Numbered from the stretch's first letter, positions 36,380 through 48,183 are shown. The stretch is 48,424 nt of DNA from Welwitschia mirabilis (GCA_051453625.1 JBOZIK010000001.1:26726252-26774675), one strand, 5' to 3'. A program made the numbers and translations. The notes: a model not told the origin generated them from the sequence alone.

Positions 36380-39300
36380 GCTCGCATAATGTGCTCTATG
36401 GTGTAGACTTAACTATGTTTAATTACACCAACTCACAGAGCAAGAAGTCATCTATATCATACCTTAGAACTTGTAGATATCTTTGATGTGCAAATGTCAA
36501 ACCAACGTTGAGGCATCACTTTCACTTGCCTTATAATGAACTTTAGGTTACTTGTCTTTTGATATAGCAAAGGCTTCTTGTCCTAATATTTGTAGTCTCC
36601 AATCAATAAACAGTAAGTATAGCAGTTCAACAATGGTGGCCTTCAATTCTCTATGAGCATCATTGTCTTCATTAGTATTTGTTTACAGGAAGTCAAGTTT
36701 TGGTGTTCACCATGTTTCCATTGTGCGACCACAAGGTGATAACTCTTCAACAACTGGAAATAAGTTGGCATAGAAAGCCATCCCATCTCCACATATAAGG
36801 TCTCCAACCTTCATTAGTCTCTCTATATTCACATGGTCTAGCTTAGTGATCCCCACCATACTTGCCTTGGTCTCCACGTGGCCAACACCATTGACCTCTC
36901 TTGTATAGGAAAATCCAAGCCCTTCTTTGGCACCGATGCAGTCACATCCATTTTAAGCAAGATGATCACCCAAAATATGGATTTTACCCCATTTAAGGTG
37001 TTTAACAACCCTTGTCTCAACCCTTGTCTCAAGGAGCATGGCCTTTCTCTTAAGAATGATTGCCCCCTATTTGAGGGGTATCATTCCTCTTTTAAGGAAT
37101 AACCAACCCCCAAGAAGATATCTCTCTTAAAAATAAGGTTTTTAATAAGCCCCTTGAAGCAAACTAAAATAAAATTTTGGGACCTGCTATGAATGCGACT
37201 CCTTCCTTCCACTCCCCCTTGTCCAATTTCCCAAATACTCCCTAGGCATCTAACTCCATATCCCATCTATCTCCTATATTCGTTGCGAGATAAGGCCATG
37301 ACCTTGTGCATTCATCTCAATCTCCTCTTTGGAACTTTGTGCACACCCATCTCACATTTTGCTAGTGAAGGTAATGTGATTCTAGGCAGAAAAGGAGTCT
37401 CAAGGCATACCATTCCAAAGAGCAATGGGTTGGATTGAAAGATGTGCAACTTGATGCTTGCACCAACGGGAGGTAGAAGACACCACTAACCATGCCCACT
37501 TAATGGTTGACGATTATCTTTGTGACCTTGCAATGGTCTTAGTGATGTTTGAAGTAGATGATGACACATTGCCAACTTTCTCTTAGGCCATCTACTTTTG
37601 TCACTAGGCAAAAGCAATAAAGAAAGAACTCAATTGAATTGGACACATAAGATGTGATCATTTATACCATGAGTAGCCAACAAACTAGTCATATGAGTGA
37701 AGTGGGTTTTCAAATCAAGAGGAATCAGTTTGGCTAGATTGACAAGGCCAAAGGAACACATGTCACTAATAGCTATTTGCAACAACTTGGGAAAAACTCC
37801 TTGGAAAGGGTTGCTTCAGCTTCATCTCTTCAGACAATACACACGCCATTGTCAATTGTAGTTGAGTTTGGATTAGCAATACATCAAATGGATGGAGCAT
37901 TAGCTTTCCTTAATTACATTCTAAAGGAGGAATTGTACATCAAGCAACCTAATGGATGGAGTGTGCCTAGCAATCGGTATCATCTTTTCAGGCTTTGCAA
38001 AGCACTATACAATTTAAAGAAAGCACCATGAGCATGGCTCAACATAATTTATACTTTTATAACGGAAATTAGCGCCAAACTTCTACAATCATAGAACATA
38101 GTCTGCAAGTTCTAACAAGGAGATAAGTTTGCTTGCATATAGATGATTACATTTTATTCTCACATTTAGATGCAGACCTAAAAGGTATTGCTCACTCAAT
38201 GTAATCCAAGTTCGATATGTCTTGCCTTTGTTTTGTCACCCATTTCGTTGGATTTCATGTCACCTAAGAATAATCCATCGTTACAACTCCCAAAAGAANN
38301 NNNNNNNNNNNNNNNNNNNNNNNNNNNNNNNNNNNNNNNNNNNNNNNNNNNNNNNNNNNNNNNNNNNNNNNNNNNNNNNNNNNNNNNNNNNNNNNNNNNN
38401 NNNNNNNNNNNNNNNNNNNNNNNNNNNNNNNNNNNNNNNNNNNNNNNNNNNNNNNNNNNNNNNNNNNNNNNNNNNNNNNNNNNNNNNNNNNNNNNNNNNN
38501 NNNNNNNNNNNNNNNNNNNNNNNNNNNNNNNNNNNNNNNNNNNNNNNNNNNNNNNNNNNNNNNNNNNNNNNNNNNNNNNNNNNNNNNNNNNNNNNNNNNN
38601 NNNNNNNNNNNNNNNNNNNNNNNNNNNNNNNNNNNNNNNNNNNNNNNNNNNNNNNNNNNNNNNNNNNNNNNNNNNNNNNNNNNNNNNNNNNNNNNNNNNN
38701 NNNNNNNNNNNNNNNNNNNNNNNNNNNNNNNNNNNNNNNNNNNNNNNNNNNNNNNNNNNNNNNNNNNNNNNNNNNNNNNNTACAACTCCCAAAAGAAGTT
38801 TGCAACTTCATATTAGAGAAATTTGAAATGACTAATTGCAATTCGTGACTTAACACTGCTATTTATTGCTTGCTCTCTTACTAAAGATGACATTTCACCT
38901 AACCCTCCACTCTGCTGAGCAACAATTGGAAGTTTACTGTATCTTACCAATCCTTGACTTGGCCTACAATGTGCATCACTTAGTCTTGTTGGTTACACTT
39001 TACTGATAAACAATCAAAACTTTTCTATATCTTACCAATCCTTGACTTGACCTACAATGTGCATCACTTTACTCTTGTTGGTTCATGCAATGCCATTGAC
39101 AGTTGCATCTCAAAGCAACAAAATAAGTACTTAGATACATGAAATGAACATTAGACTGTGGATTAGTTTATTACAAAACAAATGTAGATAACTAGATATC
39201 ATGTACTGTTACATGCATGCAGAGCGGCTATGAGACCATGATCATCATAAGTAATCGCTACTCTCATTGTTGTAAGCTTCTAATTTGTGGTTGATCTTTG

Positions 39301-39660
39301 GGTCTCAACAATAGTTTAATACGTGGCACTCTAGTACTCATGGCCTAAGCCTTTGCATTAGTGTCTAGAGTGATGACTGCAAAAAGGGGAAATTGTTATT
39401 GGCCAAGCTACAAAACAGAACAGTGTTCTCAAAGCTTGAAGGCATGATTGATATTTACTTCCTAGAGCTTGAATGTTTGAAGTGCTTTCATGTGGAGGTG
39501 TAGCAGCCAAACCTAAAAGGGACCTCAAATGTAAGTGGGAGTACAACCATACATTAAGGTACCACATTGCAATGAGTAGATGGAAATGGTGAAAGAATGT
39601 GCTAACCCATAACATTTTTCCCCACATCAAGAACTGTGGGAAGGCTAAATTAGCCAGGAT
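36380..39660 (+). mobile_element. Older, heavily decayed Copia pol remnant (integrase start, RT, RNase H)
   Basis: TLELVDIFDV (~36460); VKWVFK (~37697); GLAIHQMDGALAFLNYILKEELYIKQPNG...LCKALYNLKKAP*AW (37870-38038); LHIDD (~38133); ILEKFEMTNC; IGSLLYLT; VLRYMK*TLDCGLVY; CYMHAERL*DHDHHK; LRYHI (~39555). Boundaries approximate. Confidence 0.8.
38940..39083 (+). repeat. ~55-bp direct duplication with a ~33-bp spacer inside the old Copia RT
   Basis: TATCTTACCAATCCTTGACTTG(G/A)CCTACAATGTGCATCACTT...TCTTGTTGGTT at 38940 and 39028. Confidence 0.88.
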
Positions 39661-39664
39661 AGGT

Positions 39665-41678
39665 TGTTAGCAGATTGGATCTTCTAATTTGCAAGTTACC
39701 TTGTGTATCTTTGAAACAAAAGAAAGGCAGATTAATAAAGAAACAAGTGAAACAAATGATTGTTGTTACGTCTATGTTGTTTAAGGCATTAAACAAATAA
39801 CTTCTTGGTTCTTTTGAAGCACCATGGTCTCCGTTGAGTCCTCCCCTGTCATCACTTTTGTATCCTTCCTTACGTTAGGATTTGTTCTTTTTAGATGCAC
39901 CCCTTCCACAACCATCTCTATGTCTTCCTTCTCCTTCCTTATGGCCTGATCTACTTCTATCCCCCTCCTTACGTCTGCTTTCTCCTCCTTGGTATTGATG
40001 CTTGTTTTTCTTGGAAAGTAGAGTGCCTTGTCCCACTTCACGTGTCGTTGTACCTCTTCCTGTATGATATCCTTGAGTGCGATTATCTTCTCTTATGGGT
40101 GGTGCCCCATGTTGAGGTGATTGCAAACCAAATACACCTCTTTGCATAGATACCCTAGACCCTATAGTTTACATTGAAAGATAGCAATCATTTTAGGAAA
40201 CTGTATATAGAGGGGATCAAGCACCTGCTATTTGAGTTTTCCTTCAGTTGAAAAGTATGCAATGAATGTAGTCCTGCATGGAATTGCCTCAAGCATATCT
40301 CATCCTATTCTCCACCAAATTAGAGAAGGCCTCAAAAATTTGATTGTTGATAGTTGCCCCTTTACTAGCTGTGGTTTTTGGAACAACCAAAAAGACACAG
40401 GACAAGGCCTCAAAAAGCCGATTCTTGATGGTTGTCCCTTTGTTAGTGGTGGATTTTGGAACAACCCAAAAGACACAGGCTGTGAGCCAACTCTTTGAGG
40501 TGAGTGATGTTCAACCCATTTGAAACTCTTAGCTATTCGTCTGAAACATGCTTGTCCTTCTTCTTGGAATGGAAAGTTGCTGCGTTTTGTTGGAGAATTA
40601 TATTTCAATGATGACTTAAGGCACAAGATCAGGAAAAGGCAATGAATCAAGCAGTTTGAGATAAACTAAGTGACTATCAGTCTTAGACATCCGCCTTGGG
40701 AAACCAGGACGTCCGACCATGTATGCTGCTTTTCATATGAGGATGCCCGCCTTGTGAAACGAGGACATCTAGACCTGTACGGTGGTTTTTGTATTGTGAC
40801 ATTTGCCCTCTAAAACCGGGATGCTCGATTGTTTAGGCTGGTTTTTGGATTGGGACGTCTGCCCTGTGAAATCAGAACATCTGGGCCTGATTGCGGACCT
40901 ACAATACTGGGACATCCGACATATTATTTTGGGACATCTGGAGCCCTTCTTTGTTTTATCAGAAGCCCAGCTATACAATCAGGATGCCCAAGATTTATTG
41001 TATGGGATGTCCAACAATGCAATCGTGGGCGCAAAAAGTTATCCATTAAGAACTTCGGTTCAAGGAATTCAAGGCACCAATCAAATCTTCTACTGGCACG
41101 CTAACCGACATCAGACACACTCTCTACGAGGTTCTCAACAACTATTTTTCAAAGAGCTCTATAAATCTGTACTCATCACTTTGTCAAAAGTACCTTTTTG
41201 AGATTCTAAAAAGCAAAACTATTGTGAGACCATTTTGTACTCAAACTAGTGTCAGCATTTATTTTTCTTGGGAAGATCTCTTACTATGTTCTTCAGGTTG
41301 ATTTACTGTGCAAATAAGTAAGGCACCACACCATCAAATCTCTCTCTTTCTCTCTCTTGTATTTCTCTGGAAATAGCTCACGGAGTTGAGGTGGGTGGAA
41401 GGCTGAAAAAGATCCCTGGTGATTGGGATGTTGTATGTAACCTTTGGACTTAAGGAAACTAGGAGGCTGATAGTAGTTGCTGCCCCCTGAGTGTGGAGTG
41501 GGCTTTGGCTGAACCACTATAAACCACTGGTGGACATGTTCTTTATTTCCTTGTTGAAATTTTGTTATCCTTCTTCACAACTTTACCTTTTGCTATATAT
41601 TTAAGTTGTGTAGTTCCAAATTTTTTTTTTAATATTACCCTATTCACCCCCTTTCTAGGGTGCCATAAGATCCTAACA
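39665..41678 (+). mobile_element. Sirevirus-like solo LTR (~2 kb, possibly with an internal insertion)
   Basis: TGTTAG...CTAACA termini; GGACGTCC-type palindrome cluster (40685-41012); TATAAA at ~41160; GGCTGAACCACTATAAA; terminal TATTCACCCCCTTTCT motif. No PBS or PPT at the flanks. Left boundary uncertain and TSD imperfect. Confidence 0.7.
40326..40479 (+). repeat. Two-copy 78-bp diverged tandem repeat
   Basis: AAGGCCTCAAAAA...TTTTGGAACAACC.AAAAGACACAGG at 40326 and 40404. Confidence 0.88.
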
Positions 41679-43645
41679 AGTTTGTCTTGTTACATTGAGC
41701 TTTGATAACCTAGATGCAATAGGAGGCAAGTGGAACCACGCAGCCAGCTCTTCAAAATTAATGCAAATGATAATTATGACATGGTTTGCATCTATTCAGA
41801 AATTCAAGTTAATAGGTCTAGTAATTTTCATTGTCCCAGCTGTTGATTATGTCCACCTCCTCATGACGAATGGTAGGTTCAAGGTCTTCATCAATTTGTA
41901 TAACTTTGTGCTTCTCATCTTTAACTTACTGACATTTGAGGAACTCATGATGGCTTGATGATAATATGAATAGTTGTCTGATTCTTGTCAGGTATGAAAT
42001 ATGTCCTTAAAGGAATATCTTTATCCTCTCAGAATTGGAGACAAACAGTTGAGCCACACACTATTTGTGACAGCAGTTGTCACATCACAAGGAATTTTTT
42101 TCCATCAATGCTAGTATGGTAAAGGCCACATATTTTATGTGTAAGTATCTAGAAGTAATTATGAAACTTACTAAACTAGGCTGGAACTTAATTAAAATTA
42201 GATTTCAGAAATGGCAAGATAATAACAAGCAGGTACACCAGAAATAAACAATCACCTACCATAGGACATCACTATTAATGTACATGTTACCATTCAGTGT
42301 ATATAATAATCATCTGTTATAAATCAATATGTGATTTAGTATGATAAGTTAGCATAGAATGGATGTGATGTGAAGAAATGTTAGCATCACATTGGGTCTA
42401 ATGAAGTATGAATAAGAGTCCATATAATGTCCTTCCAGTTGCATACCAAAGGAGAATACAATAATCCCTTATGGAACTTCCATATAAGTGTCCTTGCTGA
42501 TATACTAATGATATCATAAAAATACAATTTTATTGTATTGCATACTGTATCTGCTATTCTATAAAATCTCTATGGAAGTATTCTTTGTAACTATTATTAC
42601 TATAATCATTCTATTGTAATCATTACTCGTTAAAAAAATTACACAGCTAATTATTCTATCTTTATGTATAATGCAAATTATTTCCATGAAAGTTTTAGTT
42701 GTTTCTCCAAAACGGACTAACATAGCACATTTGAATGGTTAAGACTCAAGTGCAAATTTCTTAGTTGTATTAACTGTCATTCCATTTCGTATGTCTGGGT
42801 CTGCCCTCATATATAGATGCTAGTTGGATTTATTAAAAGAATCAATTAAAATCAATTCATATGGCCTGAAATGCGAAGAATATTGTTGACTTGCAATTTA
42901 ACTCACCATCATTTGCAATTAACTTGACAACTAACATGAAGGATTGAAAAATCTCCAACTTGCGAGTTTGAGTGATAATCTATTAATGGTTTGATCACAC
43001 AAGTTAACACTTCGATTTTCTGAATTAAGTTCTGTCAAACTAGTACAATACAATGTGATTGTATTATGGATGAAAATGGCAGGCTTTGTCTGTTCTGCTA
43101 CTAATTTACTTGTTCATGTCTGTATACATCTTCAAATCCATAAGTATTGTCTTTATATTGAAATGGTTGATCTTGATTTTACTTTGCAAAATTGCCATGC
43201 ATGGACTATCATGTATCGCAAAATGGGTGATTAGCAAACATTAAATTTGAGATTTGTGTAAGACAATTTATGCTATGCTTTTATGATTAGGTTTTATTTT
43301 ATTGTCCGTCAACTTTTCTCTGAGTTTCTGAATCTTGTTAAATGCCAAGAGTTAAAAATTAGAATGAAGAATCGACTGTTTTTTAATGCTAATGTAAGCA
43401 TTTACATTATTATGAAAGGCATTTAATAAAATATAAATAGACTGCCATTTTCTTTTGACAAGAATGATGCTTCCACCATTTTCTTGAGTATTGACAATTG
43501 AGGGATCTGATTTAAGTAAAGGCTATACTTTCTAAATTTTTTGTTTGATCAAGGTACTTGATATCCTTAGGCAAAATAAATTGACATTCATTATGTTTAA
43601 CTGTCTTTTTTATGTTATGATAAGCTCTATTTTCAATTTTTGTAG

Positions 43646-43749
43646 CAAGGAAACCCATTGCTGAAGCATGTCAGAAATGTGCGTTGGACATTTGGAGACA
43701 TTGTGCCAGATTATTTGCTTGGAGCAAACACTTGTGCTTTATACATAAG
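43646..43749 (+). CDS. ERCC1: ERCC-1 coding exon 3 (104 nt, ends phase 2)
   Basis: TTTGTAG acceptor, AG/GTGATA donor. Encodes [34 protein letters not shown](S). Confidence 0.96.
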
Positions 43750-45191
43750 GTGATAAACGTTACCTTATAGTTGTTTGTATACATTGCATTCCAAATTTTT
43801 TTCTTTCAAGAGGTGTGGAAATAATAGCTTTTTTTGGATTTTAATCAATGGTTGATTGATTGATGAAGATTTTAAATTCATCTAGTGCATATCTTTGTAA
43901 AATTTAGAACTTTGGCGTCAGTTTTATTTGACTACTAAAAATTGTTAGACATCTTGTTTTTTCATTGTTATTAAATTGTTAGATGCATTACCAAGGAATA
44001 AAAAAAGTGACAACTAAACATATGTGATCATTGGAGTGTGCCTATTTATGTGTGTAACTTATCATCAGGATAACTAAGCATTAACAAATTAGTTCTGAAA
44101 GGTTACAACAGTTATATAATGTTTTCACTTCTAATAAAAGAAAGTGATGTGCATAATTGTAATGTGGCTTTAATAACATATATTTTTTTAATAGAACCAA
44201 CACATAGCATAGTCGCTTTTGACCCATGTTTATAAGTTGTGAGCTTCAAGGTCTTAGGCCTTAGTTGCCAACTGTGTGGGTTGGCTTGGGTTTTTAACTA
44301 TGGATTCAAGACACACTAGACATAGACTTCAGTATTTTGGGTACAAATCATAAGCAAGTTCTAGACATTTGATGGCCAACTCTTAGGCGTACAGGGACTA
44401 CCCAGGGTTTCTTGAAAGAATTGGGGGCATTTTAAGCATTCAACTCCTTAATTAGCTATTAAAGCAAACTTAAGTTATATTTAAACACAACTTTAATTAT
44501 ACAATATAACTATATAATTACGCTTAATTAATCTAAAGGGTAACTAAAAAATAACAAATTAATTAAGTGAAGTATTTATAACCCTATTAGCAAATCTTAG
44601 ACTCGTCACCGATCTTGATTTGCTTGTGAGACTTGAACTTGGTACCCAGGCTTGGCAAAATTGGTGTTAAATTGGGGAAGGGCAAAGAGTTTGGAATAGC
44701 CGGCACTTCTCATGAGTTTTAAGCATTTTTTACATACTCAAATAGGCCAAGGAGCTTTTCTAAGTAAAATATACGTGTTGTACAATTCAAAAACGTAATC
44801 AATATGTATGATAAACACAAATAGAAGTTTTAGTAATCATTCACTTTAACTTGTCGTTGTTTAAAAGACCTATAACTTTAATAAAGTACTCGAAATAAAC
44901 AATTATATGATAAGTAATTGTTATTCGTCTCAACATGTAGAACTTAATAGTTTGCATTCCAAAGTCCAAATTAGCAAGCTTAAATGGCATTAGATCTATA
45001 TGAAAAGGTATTTAGTAAATGCTAACAAAATGTTATTTTTAAGAAATGTTTGGCTTATTTTGGTCTATCAGATGACCTCCAATGGAATAGATCTCCCATT
45101 GCTTTTTTTGTTGTCCTAGAAACAAGGATCTAAAAACATCTTGCAGCTTGTTAAAAGGATTTCATTTGAGAAGTTATAACCATGATAAGAT

Positions 45192-45497
45192 TGTTAGATA
45201 TGCTCTTTTGATGCCTAGCTCGATGAGTGGGTAAATATGAAGAGCCCTAGTTTCCACCTAAATCATGGCTTTTGGTGTGATGGTAATGGGCCCAACAGTT
45301 GGTATTAGAGCCATGGTATTGGTTTGGTTTTGAGTTCGAATCTCTTTAGTGCCTTCTGGTTCATGCGAGCACTCGGCATGTGGATTGAAGGGTAGAATGT
45401 CGGGTATATGCTTCACATGCCCAACCTGACAAGTGGGTAAAGGTTTCGAGTTTCCACCTAAGTCATGGCTTTCGGTGTGATGGTAATGGGCCCAACA
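45192..45497 (+). mobile_element. Complete TRIM (terminal-repeat retrotransposon in miniature), 306 bp, in ERCC1 intron 3
   Basis: TSD AAGAT (45187-45191 and 45498-45502). LTRs 45192-45297 and 45398-45497, both TG...CA. PBS TGGTATTAGAGCC at 45300 (tRNA-iMet type). PPT TGAAGGGTAGAA at 45386-45397. Non-coding 100-bp interior. Confidence 0.95.
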
Positions 45498-46091
45498 AAG
45501 ATGACTACTTAAATAGAATTAGCACCTTCTTTCTAATACTTTTTACTGGAGAAACCACTTAATATGGTCCCCTTTGGCCTCAAAGATGGTTGCAAATGAA
45601 TCATCCCCATATATTTGTTCATAAATGGTGCCAGAGTATATCGCCTTTTGGAACAATGCAATCGTATACTTAATGATATTTTTATACTTAATGATATTTT
45701 TATCAAATAGCACTGTAACCCTGTGACATTATCGTATTTTCAACTACTGCACAGATATGTGTAGTTGATGGTTTGATACCAGGGTACATGGATTCCCAAA
45801 AATTTTGTATGTTCAAATACCACATGTATGTTGGTTGGCTGGCCTGTTTCTACAAGTAAAAATACTGATATTTTTCATTTTATACATCTCACTAAAATGT
45901 TTTTTTTGGGGCAGTAGAATTCACAGATAATTCAAGTGTAAATACCAATGATTTTTGGTGGTTTTAGCATTTAAGGATCTTGCTAAATGATGATAGTTAT
46001 TGTTATTTCTGTTCTTATGTCAGTTTCATTTATTCTATATGAATGTTTACCTTTTTTGGCAACAGTTAAGAACTCTTGAATATACTTGCAG

Positions 46092-46191
46092 TTTGCGCTA
46101 TCATCTGCTTCATCCAGACTATATCTACTATCGTATTCGAGAGTTACAAAGAAATTATAGGCTGAGGATTGTCCTTTGTCATGTTGATGTG
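46092..46191 (+). CDS. ERCC1: ERCC-1 coding exon 4 (100 nt, ends phase 0)
   Basis: TTGCAG acceptor, GTAAGC donor. Encodes (S)LRYHLLHPDYIYYRIRELQRNYRLRIVLCHVDV. Confidence 0.96.
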
Positions 46192-46303
46192 GTAAGCCTG
46201 TTTTGAAATAAAAAATGAAGTTCTTATTTAGAACTGGTAAGATTCCATCCTTATATAGCTTTATGCTGACATGTAAATGTTCTTATTTGGTTCCTCTTAA
46301 CAG

Positions 46304-46380
46304 GAAGATGTGGTGAAACCACTTCATGAAGTTACGAGAACTGCAGTGTTTCATGATTGCACACTCTTATGTGGCTGGAG
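46304..46380 (+). CDS. ERCC1: ERCC-1 coding exon 5 (77 nt, ends phase 2); the gene continues beyond the window
   Basis: TAACAG acceptor, AG/GTATGC donor. Encodes EDVVKPLHEVTRTAVFHDCTLLCGW(S). The expected next exon (ECARYLET...) was not found before 48424. Confidence 0.96.
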
Positions 46381-46392
46381 GTATGCACAACT

Positions 46393-46668
46393 TTCTGACA
46401 TATTAGCTTTAAAACCAAGGAAGAAAATCATACTGCAGAATATCTGTTGTTCAAGAGAGAAGGTGATTCAAATATCTGTGAGGATGTCAGGCTACATGAA
46501 AACTCTGGCCTTATCTGCTAATCTCTAAATTCCTGACATAGTAGCTTTGAAACCATGGAAGAAAATCATACTGCAGAATATCTGTTCTTCAAGGCAAGAG
46601 GTGATTTAAATATTTGGGAGGATGCCAGGCTACATGAAAACTATGGCCTTATCTCCTAATCTCTAAAT
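46393..46668 (+). repeat. Two-copy 138-bp diverged tandem duplication just after the exon 5 donor
   Basis: CTGACATA.TAGCTTT.AAACCA.GGAAGAAAATCATACTGCAGAATATCTGTT...CTAATCTCTAAAT at 46395 and 46533. Confidence 0.92.
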
Positions 46669-47989
46669 GCCAGTATGCTAAAATTTTGGTAGGAATCTAA
46701 AAAAAATAAATATAGATTCAAAAATCAGTAAGTAATAGCTAGGGTTGTGGTTAATCACGGACTCACTGCCCAACCAATCTGAACAGGGATTGAATTGGCA
46801 TCTTTTGATTTCCGATTTTTGTGGTGGTGACTAATTGCACACCCACAATTAGTCGTTTCCCACAGAAATGCTGTGTCTTTCTCATTTTCACTCATCTCTT
46901 TCTCCAATACTGCTTTCTGGCACTTCCAAGCTCTGTCTAGCATTTATCTTTTGCTCTGCAAGTGATGCAATAGAAATTTCAAATTTAACTTGGAATTTTG
47001 TTAGTTATTTTTCTTTGAAGGGTTTTCGATTTTCCATTCCAAACTCATTTGTATTTAATTTTGCATTTGTTTTTGGATTTCTTTAAATCAAACAAAATGC
47101 AATAAGGATTTCAAACCATTGTTGCTGTTGGTTCTGGTCAATTTACAGAGAAAATAACATGTTCAAATCAGATTCTGTTTCAGATTTCTTGTTTGGTTCA
47201 CAAGAAAGCGTTTTTCTTTGTTCTTGGTTGAAATAGTTTTCTTTTTTTTGAATTTTCCCCTTTTTTTAATGATTTTCTCATGTCCTAGTAAAAGTGATAT
47301 CATTATAATGAAAATTACACAACACATTCCATGTAATAGTTGAATAATAGCAGAAGAAAGTGTTAATGTACAACCTGCTCCAAAATAATAGGAAGTTAGG
47401 AACAATCAACAAGTGCAATATATGATTCTGATCTTCGCTGTTATATGTTTTCAGCTGTTTTTTAATGCATGGAAACATATTTGAATGTGCTTATATTTTT
47501 AGAAAGTCATCTTTCAGGTTTTCTTTTTTCCCCTTCCTTTTCTCCCCTTCATTTTCTCTTTTTTTTTGGCCAATTCAATGGTGATTTTTATGCTATTTTG
47601 CTGACCTGGGCAATTCGCGAGGCTGTCAATTTACCCTCTCAAATTGAGTTTTGAATCTATGAAATTGACATCCTAAATCATGAAGAAAAGTATAGGTAAG
47701 CTTCAATTACTTTATTGCTTGAAATGGAAAATATGAGCTCTAGAGCTTATAAGAATTCATTCATTGGAAATGAGCTTCAGCCATAAACTGTAGGCTTTAT
47801 GTAATGCTCTCAGAATTGAGAGCATTGATAAAAGAGTAATACATTGCTGTCTGTGGAATGTGTGTCCTTATCCCTTAAATTTCACTATTCAGGTGTTTGT
47901 GTGAAGAGGACTCCTCTAGACTATTTCCACATGTTGCATAGCCAGAAAAGTAAGACCCCACAGATCTTTGCAAAATCAATCTAAAATTC

Positions 47990-47991
<2 letters not shown>

Positions 47992-48022
<31 letters not shown>
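47992..48022. repeat. (GA)n microsatellite followed by G-runs and a small gap
   Basis: Read directly; about 15 GA units. Confidence 0.95.
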
Positions 48023-48029
<7 letters not shown>

Positions 48030-48183
48030 AAGAGGGGGGGGAGTCANNNNNNNNNNGAGGATCATATGTTGTGCACATGTAGTATTCATCCTGACCCCGT
48101 TGCATCACCATATGCTTCAAAAGACAGAGCCTGATTTGCAGAAGAGGTAATACAATAAAGTCAGTTGAAAAAATTCAAGCTAG

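Noticed and set aside
39381..39402. AAAAAGGGGAAATTGTTATTGG as a PPT plus LTR start
   Set aside because: RNase H-like motifs continue on both sides up to about 39660, and TGTTAG at 39665 matches the CTAACA end better. Not fully excluded.
40685..41012. CRISPR-like spaced palindromic repeats (also 13164-13545)
   Set aside because: The repeats are degenerate and irregularly spaced, the linkers are related to each other, there are no cas genes, and the context is a plant LTR element.
41970..42240. Candidate extra ERCC1 exons ending at GTCAG/GTATGA or AAGCAG/GTACAC
   Set aside because: Exons 2 and 3 already join without a gap in the conserved motif, and these stretches have no convincing ERCC1 similarity.
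44200..44660. Possible MITE in intron 3
   Set aside because: Terminal inverted similarity is too weak and no TSD was found.
45300..45350. tRNA gene
   Set aside because: Only a PBS and a B-box-like motif are present; there is no cloverleaf, and it lies inside a TRIM.
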